The position numbers and the translations under genes were made by a program. From Halorussus marinus (GTDB taxonomy: Archaea > Halobacteriota > Halobacteria > Halobacteriales > Haladaptataceae): a stretch of DNA of 64,000 nucleotides. This document shows, piece by piece, positions 49,623 to 59,300 of this stretch. The notes beneath the pieces are model-generated. The model was given only the letters and a program-made list of their open reading frames with translations. It did no database searches and was not told the DNA's origin. The stretch lies in contig NZ_SBIV01000001.1 in NCBI RefSeq assembly GCF_004765795.1, forward strand, positions 682,001 through 746,000, read 5' to 3'. Every line of letters starts with the position of its first letter. The stretch's first letter is position 1.

Positions 49623-49895
49623 TCACTCGGCGACGACGAGCCAGTGGTCGTCGTCCCGGCGCTCCAGAACCGCCGGCTCGCCCATTCGGACGACGTACCC
49701 CGTGACGGTGCGTTCGATCTCGTGGTCGGCCCGCACGCCCACGAGGTTCCCGAGGAGCCGGGCCGACGGCGGCTTTTGGGCCGCGCCGCAGTCGTAGATC
49801 GTGAGGAGGTCGGTCTCGCGCTCGTCGTACACCACGATGTAGGCGTGTCGGGGGAGCCGCCACCCGTCCTCGCCGACCGGCACCAGCGTGTTCAC
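49623..49895 (-). CDS. conserved hypothetical protein (90 aa)
   Basis: WRLPRHAYIVVY...LLTIYDCGAAQKPPSA; GTG start. Confidence 0.75.
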   Translation of the reverse strand: MNTLVPVGEDGWRLPRHAYIVVYDERETDLLTIYDCGAAQKPPSARLLGNLVGVRADHEIERTVTGYVVRMGEPAVLERRDDDHWLVVAE

Positions 49896-49956
49896 GCCGG
49901 TAGTAGTTTCGCCGCGCGTAAAAACCCACAACCGGCCCGCCGGGCCGCTTCGGACC

Positions 49957-50415
49957 TCACTCGGCGTTCGCTTCGAGCGACTCCGAGCCCTCGCCGTCGT
50001 TCATCATCTCGGCGTCCTCTCGGACTCCCCGGACGTCGTCGAAAAGCTCCTGATGGTGGGCCGCGATGTCGGTCGTCGTCAAGATCCCTTTCAGTTCGTC
50101 GCCGTCGGTCACCGGGAGGTGTTTGGTCGCGTTGTCCTTCATCAGCGCGACCGCCTGTCCGACGCTCGCGTCGGAATCGACCGTCACGACGGGGTGGCTC
50201 ACGACGTTCTCCAGCGGTATCTTTTCGAACGGTTGGCTGGACGCGACGCCGGCGTACAGGACGTCGGACTTGGTGGCGATCCCGACGGGCTTGCCCTCCT
50301 GAGTCACGATGACGCTACCGACGCTGTGGCGGAGCATCCGGGCGGCCGCCTGCTGGATCGTGGCGTCGCTCTCGACGGTGACGACCGCCTCGGACATCAG
50401 GTCTCGAACGATCAT
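49957..50415 (-). CDS. CBS-domain pair protein
   Basis: VRDLMS..VVTV, KHLPV, GILTTTD. Confidence 0.93.
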   Translation of the reverse strand: MIVRDLMSEAVVTVESDATIQQAAARMLRHSVGSVIVTQEGKPVGIATKSDVLYAGVASSQPFEKIPLENVVSHPVVTVDSDASVGQAVALMKDNATKHLPVTDGDELKGILTTTDIAAHHQELFDDVRGVREDAEMMNDGEGSESLEANAE

Positions 50416-50597
50416 GTGTGGGGGTCCGCACCGAGGTGTTAAAAATCCTCTCGGTACTCCTGTCGGCCGAGAGCGGGACGCAGGCGTCGATTGCTGACAC
50501 GATTCGTCTCTCCGGGTGGCTCCGAACCGAGCCCACTCACGGACTTGGGAAGAACTATACGGCGGGAATCTGTCCACTCGGCTAGGACGGATTCACC

Positions 50598-51980
50598 GTG
50601 GTTCCAGACCTCGCAACCGACGGACGACTCGCAGCGTACTTTCACGCCGCGCCCGACGCGATCGTGATCGTGGACGGCGACGGCGAGATAGTCCGTGCGA
50701 ACGAACGCGTCGAAGACGTGTTCGGGTACGACCGCCGCGAGCTGGAGGGCGAACCGGTCGAGCGACTCATGCCCGCCGAGTTCCGGAGCCGCCACGCCGA
50801 GGCGCGTCGCGCGTACTTCGAGAATCCCGAGCGGCGGGCGATGGGCGCCGGGCTGACCCTTCGAGGCCGGCGTCGCGACGGCTCGACGTTTCCGGTCGAC
50901 ATCAGCCTCAGTCCGATGACCGACGGCGGGGAGATGAGGGTGATGGCGGTCATCCGCGACATCACCGAACGCACCCGGCTCCAGCGCAAGTACCGCACGC
51001 TGCTGGAAGCCGCGCCCGACGCCGCGTTCGTCGTCGATGCCGACACCGACGAGATCACCGAAGTGAACCAGCAGGCGACGGCGCTCGTGGACGCTCCCGA
51101 AGAGAAACTGATCGGACAGGATCGCTTGGCGCTGTTTCCGGAGGCCCACCGCGATCAGTGCGCAGAGCTGTTCGACCGGGAGTTCGAGTCCGGGGACGCG
51201 GTCTTCAGCCGATTGCCCGACGGCTCGCCCCTCCGGATCGAGACGACCGAGGGCGACCGAGTCCCCGTCGAGATAAGCGCCCGAACCGCCGACCTCGACG
51301 ACCGGCGGGTCGTCATCGCGATGGTCCGGGACATCTCGAAGCGTCGGGCCTCCGAACGGGACCTGAAACGCCAGCTCGAACGGTTCAAGAAGATCTCCGA
51401 GATCCTCTCGCACGACCTCCGGAACCCCCTGAACGTGGCGGAGGGCCACGTCGAGTTCGCGTGCGAACACGAGGACGTCTCGTACCTCGAAGCGGTCTCG
51501 GACGCCCACGAACGGATGGAGCGGCTCATCGACGACACGCTGTCGATCATCCGCGAGGGGTACGGCGCCGAGTCGATCGAGTCGATCGAACTCGCGTCGG
51601 TGGCGACCGAGTGCTGGGAACACGTCGCGACCGCCGACGCGACGCTCCGGATCGAGTCGGACCGCTCGATCCGGGCAGATCCGCGACGGATCAGCCACGT
51701 CTTCGAGAACCTCTTTCGCAACGCCGTCGAACACGGCGGTAGCGAGGTCTCGATCCGGGTCGGGGCGCTCGCCGACGGGTTCTACGTCGAGGACGACGGG
51801 CCGGGAGTCCCGCCGGAAGAGCGAGACGACGTGTTCGATCCCGGCTTTACGACCACCGACGACGGCACCGGACTCGGACTCGACATCGTCGCCGAGATCG
51901 CCGACGCCCACGGCTGGGCGATCGACGTCGTCGACGGCCGCGACGGCGGCGCACGCTTCGAGATCACCGGCGTCGAGTGA
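50598..51980 (+). CDS. cytoplasmic PAS-PAS histidine kinase
   Basis: Two PAS domains, SHDLRNP, NLFRNAVEH, GTGLGL. Confidence 0.95.
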   Translation: MVPDLATDGRLAAYFHAAPDAIVIVDGDGEIVRANERVEDVFGYDRRELEGEPVERLMPAEFRSRHAEARRAYFENPERRAMGAGLTLRGRRRDGSTFPVDISLSPMTDGGEMRVMAVIRDITERTRLQRKYRTLLEAAPDAAFVVDADTDEITEVNQQATALVDAPEEKLIGQDRLALFPEAHRDQCAELFDREFESGDAVFSRLPDGSPLRIETTEGDRVPVEISARTADLDDRRVVIAMVRDISKRRASERDLKRQLERFKKISEILSHDLRNPLNVAEGHVEFACEHEDVSYLEAVSDAHERMERLIDDTLSIIREGYGAESIESIELASVATECWEHVATADATLRIESDRSIRADPRRISHVFENLFRNAVEHGGSEVSIRVGALADGFYVEDDGPGVPPEERDDVFDPGFTTTDDGTGLGLDIVAEIADAHGWAIDVVDGRDGGARFEITGVE

Positions 51981-51981
51981 C

Positions 51982-53475
51982 TCACTCGACGTCCGGCAGT
52001 TCGGCCGCGACCTCCGAGAGCGCCTCCTTCCTGCTGTCGTCGTCCATCTCGCCGTCGGTCAGCGCCGCGAGCAGCGACGGGAGCGAGGCGACGTACTCCC
52101 CGCCGCCCGCGTGCTGGACGAACCCGCGCTGGCGGAGCCGGCGATTGTGGTTGTACGCGATCTCGCGGTCGTCGGCGCCGCCGGCCGCGACGTGGGCCTC
52201 GACCGGCGTCCCCGGACCCTCCCGGAGGTAGTGGGCCAACATTCCGCGCTCGACCGGTTCGAGGGCGTCTAGCTCCTCCCGGATCGCATCGAGGGGGTCG
52301 CGGTCGCCGTCAGCGTCGTCGCCGCCGTCGGCGTCGGCCGGCGGGTCGTCGGATTCTGCGGACTCGTAACTGCCGAGCGCGGCCTGCTGGCCGCCGTCGG
52401 CGCCGACGTAGGGGTTCGCGCGCCGGTTCCGGGAGGTGTCGAGCATCGCCTTCGCGAACTGGTCGGCGACCGCCTCCATCTCGCGGGCCTCCTCTAGCTG
52501 TCGTTCGAGGTCCTCGATCCGGTCGTCTCTCTCTGCGACCTCCATCCGGAGGCGTTCGATCTCGTCTTCGCGCTGGCTCTCGGCCTCGCTGATCTCCCGG
52601 AGGTCGCTGACGAGGTCGTCGCTCACCGACTTGAGGTCCGGGCGCTCGAAGTCCTCCAGCCCGGGGGTCGCGCCGGCGTCGAACGTCTGCTTGCGGTGGA
52701 ACTGAACCCGGCGGGTCTCCTCGGACCAGTCGGTGGTGAGAAACGCCTCGCCGTCGTCCATGTCCTCTATGGCGTCGGCGTAGTCGCTTCCGAGGATGCG
52801 CCCGACGACTTTCGTGTCGTTGTTCCAGGTGAGCCGGTGCCAGACGAGCCAGTCACACTGGGTGATGAAGTCTTTTTTCACGTCGGCGGGGCGCTGGCTG
52901 ATGCCCGCGACCCCGAGGCCGTGTTTGCGCCCGCGCTTGCCGATCTTGATGAGCATCCTGCCACACTCGTCCATCCCGCCGCCCTCGGGGATGTACTCGT
53001 GGACCTCCTCGACCACGAGCAAGAACGGCTTTTTGAGCTTCTTCTCCTTGGCGAACAGCTGGCGCGCGACAGCGGTCAGCAGGTCCTTGGCGTCGCTCTC
53101 GTTCAGATACCCCGACACGTCGAGGATGATGGGGACGTTGTCCTCGAGCGCGAGGGTGGCGAGCCGTTCGGCGTGCTCGGCGTCGACCTGAATGTCACAC
53201 TCCTCGTCAGCGCCGGCGTGGAGCAGTTCGTACTCCTCTTTGAGCCCGTAGTACTCGCCGTCGACGTCCACGATCATCACCGGATAGCCGCCGTCGAGGA
53301 GCTTCTCGACGACGACGCTCGCGGTGTTCGACTTCCCGGAACCGGACTTGCCCGTGATGAACGCCCGACCGGTCAGCACCTCGACGACCGGGAGCTCGAC
53401 CGGGTCGCCCGGCGTGCCGGCGTCTCCGCCGACGCCCTCGCTCACGTCCGCGACCGCCATGCGTTCCTGCGACAT
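51982..53475 (-). CDS. HerA-like/DUF87 ATPase with coiled coil and C-terminal wHTH-like region
   Basis: GKSGSGKS, DVDGEY, VVEEVHE, GRKHG, SQRPA. Confidence 0.92.
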   Translation of the reverse strand: MSQERMAVADVSEGVGGDAGTPGDPVELPVVEVLTGRAFITGKSGSGKSNTASVVVEKLLDGGYPVMIVDVDGEYYGLKEEYELLHAGADEECDIQVDAEHAERLATLALEDNVPIILDVSGYLNESDAKDLLTAVARQLFAKEKKLKKPFLLVVEEVHEYIPEGGGMDECGRMLIKIGKRGRKHGLGVAGISQRPADVKKDFITQCDWLVWHRLTWNNDTKVVGRILGSDYADAIEDMDDGEAFLTTDWSEETRRVQFHRKQTFDAGATPGLEDFERPDLKSVSDDLVSDLREISEAESQREDEIERLRMEVAERDDRIEDLERQLEEAREMEAVADQFAKAMLDTSRNRRANPYVGADGGQQAALGSYESAESDDPPADADGGDDADGDRDPLDAIREELDALEPVERGMLAHYLREGPGTPVEAHVAAGGADDREIAYNHNRRLRQRGFVQHAGGGEYVASLPSLLAALTDGEMDDDSRKEALSEVAAELPDVE

Positions 53476-53541
53476 CTCTCGGTCGTGACCTGACGCCCGG
53501 ACCCTATAACTGTCCGGGCTCGGGGCGCGGTCGGTCGGCGG

Positions 53542-54780
53542 TTAGGCACTCGGGTCCGAGCGCACCGACAACAGTCCGCCGAAGACGGTCGCGACCGCGG
53601 CGAACCCACATAGCACCACGAAGAGCACGGTGGGGTCGAACAGTTCGAGCACGAACCCCGCGATCCCCGCCCCGGCGGCGCCGATGCCGAACACGCCGAG
53701 GTAGGTGTACCCGTACGACAGCCCGCGAGTCCCCGCGGGCGTGTACTGGGCGACCGCCGCCTGATACAGCGGCTGGACGACAAACAGCGCGAACCCGAGC
53801 GCGGCGCTCGCCGCCAGCAGTGTAATCAGCCCGGCGTTGAGCGCGGGGATGTACAGGAGCGCGATGACAGCCAGCGCGGCGAACGCCCCGGTGATCCCGC
53901 GCTCGACGCGGATGCGGTCGGTGAGCATCCCGCCGACGTACTGGCCGCCGATCCCGATCATCAGCAGGCCCGAGTAGACGTACCGGGAGGGTTCGATCTC
54001 CCGGCCCCCGAGTTCGACGGGATCGAACAGCGACTGGTTCGCGAGCATCTCCGGCAGGAACGTGAGGACGCCGCGGTAGTAGAGCCCAGAGCACATCACG
54101 ACGACGAACACGAGGACGAACGCGCCCGAGAACAGCGTCTTCGAGTCGCCGACGAACTCCGCGAGCGACGAGACGCCGCCGTCGGCTCGGGCGTCGCCCC
54201 CGTCGGTGGCGGAGGCGTCGACGCCCGCGGTCTCGTCGAACTCGACGGTCAGCGCGAACACCACCGCGATCGCCGCCGGCACGGCCAGCAGGCCGACCAC
54301 GAGCCGCCAGTCGAAAAACAGCAACAGCACCGCGGTCGTCAGCGGGCCGAGCGCGATGCCGAGGTTCCCGGCCATCCCGTGGTAGGCGAACGCCGACCCC
54401 TGCTGGGAGACGCCCTTGCTGATGAGCGACAGCCCCGAGGGGTGATAGACGCTCGCGGCGATCCCCCAGAGCACGAGCGCCGCGGCGATCACCGGCACGC
54501 TCGGCGCGAGGCTCAACAGGACGAACGACCCGCCCATCCCGACCAGACACGCGATGATGAGCCGGCGCGAGCCGTAGGCGTCGGCGAGCAAGCCGCCGGG
54601 TAGCGCGCCGAGTCCGAACAGCGCGTAGCCGGCCGAGACGACCAGCCCCATCGTCCCCGGGTTCACCTCGAACAGGTCGAGCCAGATGGTCACGAGGATC
54701 GGGATCGACAGCTCGTAGGTGTGGACCATCCCGTGGGCGACCATCACCAGCCCGACGATCGAGCGGTCGTTGCGGTTCAT
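53542..54780 (-). CDS. MFS transporter
   Basis: GLLADAYGSRR, ASVYHP; about 12 TM. Confidence 0.95.
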   Translation of the reverse strand: MNRNDRSIVGLVMVAHGMVHTYELSIPILVTIWLDLFEVNPGTMGLVVSAGYALFGLGALPGGLLADAYGSRRLIIACLVGMGGSFVLLSLAPSVPVIAAALVLWGIAASVYHPSGLSLISKGVSQQGSAFAYHGMAGNLGIALGPLTTAVLLLFFDWRLVVGLLAVPAAIAVVFALTVEFDETAGVDASATDGGDARADGGVSSLAEFVGDSKTLFSGAFVLVFVVVMCSGLYYRGVLTFLPEMLANQSLFDPVELGGREIEPSRYVYSGLLMIGIGGQYVGGMLTDRIRVERGITGAFAALAVIALLYIPALNAGLITLLAASAALGFALFVVQPLYQAAVAQYTPAGTRGLSYGYTYLGVFGIGAAGAGIAGFVLELFDPTVLFVVLCGFAAVATVFGGLLSVRSDPSA

Positions 54781-54919
54781 CGACGCACGCCTCCGACCGG
54801 ATCCGTCGCTCCGCGTTCGCCTGTACGTCGAGCGACCGTGTCACGACTCGTCCGATTCACGCTTTGTCACACCGGAGTCTTGTCGTCGTCGCTCTTGAGT
54901 CTGGCCGTTCCGGCAGGCG

Positions 54920-56230
54920 TCAGAAGTCCGCCAGCGACGATTGACCCGCTGGATCGGCGTCGGTTTCCGCGTCGGTGGGTCCGTTCGAGTCGTCGTCGAG
55001 CTCTGGGGGATCCGACGCATCGAAGGAGTCGGCAACGCCGGTGCGCTCGGCGTCGCCGTCCGGCGCGCTCTGGCCGTCCCACCCGCCGAGACTCGTCTGC
55101 TCGCCCGCGGCGAACGAGAGGTTCGAGACCCGGACGCCGACCTTCCGAACCGACTCGTCGTCGAACTCCCCGAGCAGTTCCACCGCGACCTCCTCGACCA
55201 GCTCCGGGTCGTCGACCGGGCCGGGAAGCGATGTCGCGCGCGTGTTCACGTCGAACGGCGGGGTCACCGCCTTGATGGCGATGGTCCGGTAGAGCGCGCC
55301 TTTCCGCCGGGCGCGGTCGGCGACGGCCTCCGCGAGCGTCCGGACGCGCTCGCGCTTGCGGTCGGGGTCGTCGGTCGCCTCGGTGAACGCCGACTCCCGC
55401 GAGAGGCTCTTCGGTCGGCCCCGCGGGGTGACCTCCCGGTCGTCTTCGCCGCGCGCCCGCCGGTACAGCTCCGCGCCGCGCTCGCCGAACCGGGCTTCGA
55501 GCGCGTCGGGGTCCGCGCCCGCGAGGTCCCCCGCGGTCTCGATTCCCAGCTCCCGGAGCTCGCGGGCCGTGACCGGGCCGACGCCGTGAATCTCGCCCGC
55601 GTCGAGGGGCGCGAGAAACGACCGGACCTCCCCGGGCTCGACGACCACGAGCCCGTCGGGCTTGTCGTGGTCGCTCGCGATCTTGGCGGCCGACATGTTG
55701 GGCGCGACCCCCACGCTCGCGGTGACGCCGACCTCGCGGTCGATGCGGTTCTTGACGTGGCGCGCGAACCCCTCGGCGACCGTCCACGCGGTCCGGTCGG
55801 TCACGTCGAGGTACGCCTCGTCGATGCTGACCTCGCGGACCACGTCCGCCGAGTCGTGGAGGATCTCTTTGACCTCCTCGCCGACCGACTCGTAGTAGTC
55901 GATGTCCACCGGTCGGTAGTGGCCCGTCGCCGCCGGGTCGAGGTCGGGATCGGTCTCGGCCGCCGCCCGCCGCGGAAGTCGGTCAAGGGCCTCGCCGATG
56001 GCCTGTGCGCTCTCGACGCCGTACTCGCGGGCCTCGTAGCTTGCGGTCGCGACCGCGCCGTGGCTCTCGCCGGGGTCGTAGCCCATCCCGACGACGACCG
56101 GTTCGCCCCGGAGTTCGGGCTCCCGGCGGCGCTCGCACGCCGCGTAGAAGCAGTCCATGTCGACGTGGAGGACGATGGCGTCGCGCCCGTCGCCGTCGGG
56201 CGTCCCGGGCAGTCGCGACCCGCCGGTCAT
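54920..56230 (-). CDS. dinB: Y-family DNA polymerase IV
   Basis: HVDMDCFYA, SYEAR, SIDEAYLD, KPDG; C-terminal QSSLADF. Confidence 0.97.
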   Translation of the reverse strand: MTGGSRLPGTPDGDGRDAIVLHVDMDCFYAACERRREPELRGEPVVVGMGYDPGESHGAVATASYEAREYGVESAQAIGEALDRLPRRAAAETDPDLDPAATGHYRPVDIDYYESVGEEVKEILHDSADVVREVSIDEAYLDVTDRTAWTVAEGFARHVKNRIDREVGVTASVGVAPNMSAAKIASDHDKPDGLVVVEPGEVRSFLAPLDAGEIHGVGPVTARELRELGIETAGDLAGADPDALEARFGERGAELYRRARGEDDREVTPRGRPKSLSRESAFTEATDDPDRKRERVRTLAEAVADRARRKGALYRTIAIKAVTPPFDVNTRATSLPGPVDDPELVEEVAVELLGEFDDESVRKVGVRVSNLSFAAGEQTSLGGWDGQSAPDGDAERTGVADSFDASDPPELDDDSNGPTDAETDADPAGQSSLADF

Positions 56231-56344
56231 GTGCGGGAGTAGGCGGCCGCGACCGGATAAATGGACCGCTCGCCGGTGTCGTGGCCGCCCGTCCGGGCGA
56301 CGGGCGTGTCGGGTCGGGTCCGGTCGGGTCGCCGCCGAGGGCGT

Positions 56345-56752
56345 TCACGCGAGGTCGCCGTCCCGCAGGAGGTCGGCGACGACGTGGACGTACAGCACGA
56401 CTGCGGTGAAGCGGGCGTAGACCGGGTCGTAGAGCGCGATCGCGCCGACGAGCGCCCCGCCGACGAGCGCGTGGCTCAGCAGTCGGTGGGTCTCTAACGT
56501 GGTCGTGTCGACGCCGTCGAACACCCGCTCTTGCTGGGTGAACGCGAACGCCGGATCGCCGACGCACCGCCGGAGGTGCGACCAGTCACCGGCGTGGTAC
56601 CGCGCGATGAGAAAGTGATCGAGGTCGACGAAGACGCTGAGTCCGACCCCGTAGACGAAGAGTCCGACCGCCTCTACCGTTCCGAGCGGGAGCGCGACGG
56701 ACAGCGCGCCGGCGGTGAGAGCGCCGAGGACCGCGTGTTCGGGCGACTTCAT
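56345..56752 (-). CDS. small membrane protein, metal-dependent hydrolase-like
   Basis: EH, VDLDHF, SH, HVVAD motifs. Confidence 0.82.
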   Translation of the reverse strand: MKSPEHAVLGALTAGALSVALPLGTVEAVGLFVYGVGLSVFVDLDHFLIARYHAGDWSHLRRCVGDPAFAFTQQERVFDGVDTTTLETHRLLSHALVGGALVGAIALYDPVYARFTAVVLYVHVVADLLRDGDLA

Positions 56753-56939
56753 CTCGCCGACGTTCGGAGTCCTTCCAGTTAGTTCGCCGGGGTTCGGTTC
56801 GGAGCGCCCACAGCGTCGGCGAGTGGCGGCGACTGGCGGCCCGACAGCGATCGGTCCACCGGGTGTGACCGTTCAACAAACGCCACGGAGCCCGGAAAAC
56901 ATCGGTCAAATTTATGAGAGTTTGCGATCAGTCGGAGGT

Positions 56940-58574
56940 ATGGAACGTGACGTGTCGTCAGTCCGGGACGACTTTCCGGTGCTGGATCGACGGGTGGACG
57001 ACGAGCCGCTGACGTACCTCGACAACGCGGCGACGACCCAGACGCCCCGCGAGGTGTACGAGGTCTACGAGGAGTTTTACGCCGGCTACAACGCGAACGT
57101 CCACCGCGGGATCCACGCGCTGAGCCACGAGGCCTCGGTGGCCTACGAGGCGGCCCACGACCGACTCGCCGAGTTCGTGGGCGCGAGCGGCGGCCGCGAG
57201 GAGATGATATTCACGAAAAACACCACCGAAGCCATCAACCTCGTGGCCTACGGGCTCGGGCTGAACGAACTCGGCCCCGGCGACGAGGTGGTGCTGACCG
57301 AGATGGAGCACCACGCCTCGCTAGTGACATGGCAACAGGTCGCAAAGCGAACCGGCGCCGACGTCCGGTACATCCGCGTCGACGACGACGGCACCCTCGA
57401 CATGGACCACGCCAAGGAGCTGATCGGCCCGGACACCGCGGTCGTCTCGGTGACCCACGTCTCGAACACGCTCGGGACGGTCAACCCCGTGGCGGCGCTC
57501 GCGGAGTTGGCCCACGACGCGGGCGCGTACATCCTCGTCGACGGCGCCCAGTCGGTGCCGACCCGGCCGGTCGACGTCGAGGCGATGGACGCCGACTTCC
57601 TCGCGTTCTCGGGCCACAAGATGGCCGGACCGACCGGCATCGGCGGTCTGTACGGCAAGCGCCACCTCCTCGAAGAGATGGAGCCGTTCCTCTACGGCGG
57701 CGAGATGATCCGCAACGTCACCTTCCACGAGTCGACCTGGAACGAGCTCCCGTGGAAGTTCGAGGCCGGGACCCCGCCCATCGCGGCGGGCATCGCGCTC
57801 GGAGCCGCCGCCGACTACCTCGACGACATCGGGATGGACGCGGTTCGGGACCACGAGAACGAACTCGCCCAGTACCTGCTCGAACGCCTCGACGCCCGCG
57901 ACGACGTCGAGACCTACGGCCCGCCCGCGGGCGAGGAGCGGTCGGGGCTGGTCGCGTTCAACCTCGACGGCGTCCACGGTCACGACCTCTCGTCGCTCCT
58001 GAACGACCGCGGGATCGCCATCCGGGCGGGCGACCACTGCACCCAGCCGCTCCACGACAAGCTCGACGTGCCGGGGTCGGTCCGGGCCTCCTTCTACGTC
58101 TACAACACCACAGCGGAGATCGACCGGCTACTCGACGCCCTCGACGGCGCGCGCGACCGCCTCGAGGAGTATCTGGAAGACCGGTATCACGACCGCATCG
58201 CCGACCACTACCGGCGGCCACGGAACGCGGGCGGCCTCGAGGACGCCACGTTCACCAAACACTCCGCAGAGACTTCCTGTGGCGACGAGGGCGAGTTCCA
58301 CGTCTCGGTCGGGTCCGACGGCACCATCGAGGAACTCAGCTTCGAGAGCGAGAGCTGTGCGGTCAGTACCGCGGTCGCCAGCCTCCTCACCGAGCACCTC
58401 GCCGGCGAGCCCGTCGAGACCGCCGCGACGCTCGACGGGACGGCGGTCGAACTTCTCGACGGACAGTTCCCCGATCTCCGGCGCGAGTGCGTGACCGGGC
58501 CCGAGCGGGTGATCCGGGAAGGCGCCCGCGAGCATCTCGACGCGAGCGCGGAGTCGGCGCCCGCCGACGACTGA
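56940..58574 (+). CDS. sufS: SufS cysteine desulfurase fused to a C-terminal SufU/IscU-like domain
   Basis: YLDNAATT, SGHKM, RAGDHCTQP; then HYRRPRNAG, SCGD, SCAVS, RRECV; GGAGG RBS. Confidence 0.95.
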   Translation: MERDVSSVRDDFPVLDRRVDDEPLTYLDNAATTQTPREVYEVYEEFYAGYNANVHRGIHALSHEASVAYEAAHDRLAEFVGASGGREEMIFTKNTTEAINLVAYGLGLNELGPGDEVVLTEMEHHASLVTWQQVAKRTGADVRYIRVDDDGTLDMDHAKELIGPDTAVVSVTHVSNTLGTVNPVAALAELAHDAGAYILVDGAQSVPTRPVDVEAMDADFLAFSGHKMAGPTGIGGLYGKRHLLEEMEPFLYGGEMIRNVTFHESTWNELPWKFEAGTPPIAAGIALGAAADYLDDIGMDAVRDHENELAQYLLERLDARDDVETYGPPAGEERSGLVAFNLDGVHGHDLSSLLNDRGIAIRAGDHCTQPLHDKLDVPGSVRASFYVYNTTAEIDRLLDALDGARDRLEEYLEDRYHDRIADHYRRPRNAGGLEDATFTKHSAETSCGDEGEFHVSVGSDGTIEELSFESESCAVSTAVASLLTEHLAGEPVETAATLDGTAVELLDGQFPDLRRECVTGPERVIREGAREHLDASAESAPADD

Positions 58575-58577
58575 CCC

Positions 58578-58793
58578 CTACTCGTCTAACAACTGGAGGT
58601 CCTCGGCGACGAGGTCCGCCAGCGTGTCCGCGAGGTCGGGGTCGACCTCCGCGACCGGGTCGCCGCCGTGTCGACGGTCGTTGTGGCGCGCGAGCGTCGC
58701 TTCGAGCTCCGGAAGCGGGACCCGGCTGGTGGTCTCGCACTCCGAGCAGACGATCGGCACGTCGGGGACGTCCTCGTCGGTGTCACTCGCCAT
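58578..58793 (-). CDS. small C2H2-type zinc-binding protein
   Basis: CSEC...HNDRRH. Confidence 0.82.
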   Translation of the reverse strand: MASDTDEDVPDVPIVCSECETTSRVPLPELEATLARHNDRRHGGDPVAEVDPDLADTLADLVAEDLQLLDE

Positions 58794-58976
58794 CGTGTGT
58801 GTGCTCGGTGCGCAGTACCAAAATCGGGTCGGTTCGAGCGCCGGGTCCGGTCGCTGGGTCGTCGGACCGACGCGCGGTGGCGAGCGTCCGGGCCTCCCCG
58901 GACTGTCGCCGTCGGCAAATTCCCACGACAGCGACAAGACTATGTGGTGTGGTCTCAAGGAACTACTCGTATCGCC

Positions 58977-59246
58977 ATGCAACCGTGCCAGAACTGCCAG
59001 ACGGTCATCGACGAGTACATCTTGGATAAACAACTCGAACCGCTGCGCGATCTCACGGTCGACGATTTCAACGTCTGTGCCGACTGCGCGACGGTCGTCG
59101 ACGACGCCTGCGTGGCGTGTGGCGGCGCGGTCTACGTCCCCCGAAGCCACGCGACGGCCCCCGACTACTGTCCGGCGTGTCGGTCCGACCACATCGAGCG
59201 CACGGGACGCGACCCCGGCTGGAGCCTCGATACGCCCTCGAGCTGA
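58977..59246 (+). CDS. small protein with four CxxC motifs
   Basis: CQNC, CADC, CVAC, CPAC. Confidence 0.88.
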   Translation: MQPCQNCQTVIDEYILDKQLEPLRDLTVDDFNVCADCATVVDDACVACGGAVYVPRSHATAPDYCPACRSDHIERTGRDPGWSLDTPSS

Positions 59247-59300
59247 GCGAGCCCGCCCCGACGGCTCGCCCCCGCTTTTTTCGAACACCCCGGGCCGGCG

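Noticed and set aside
56286..56330. GC hairpin and short GGGTC tandem repeats upstream of dinB
   Set aside because: Short and plausible by chance at this GC content; no supporting context
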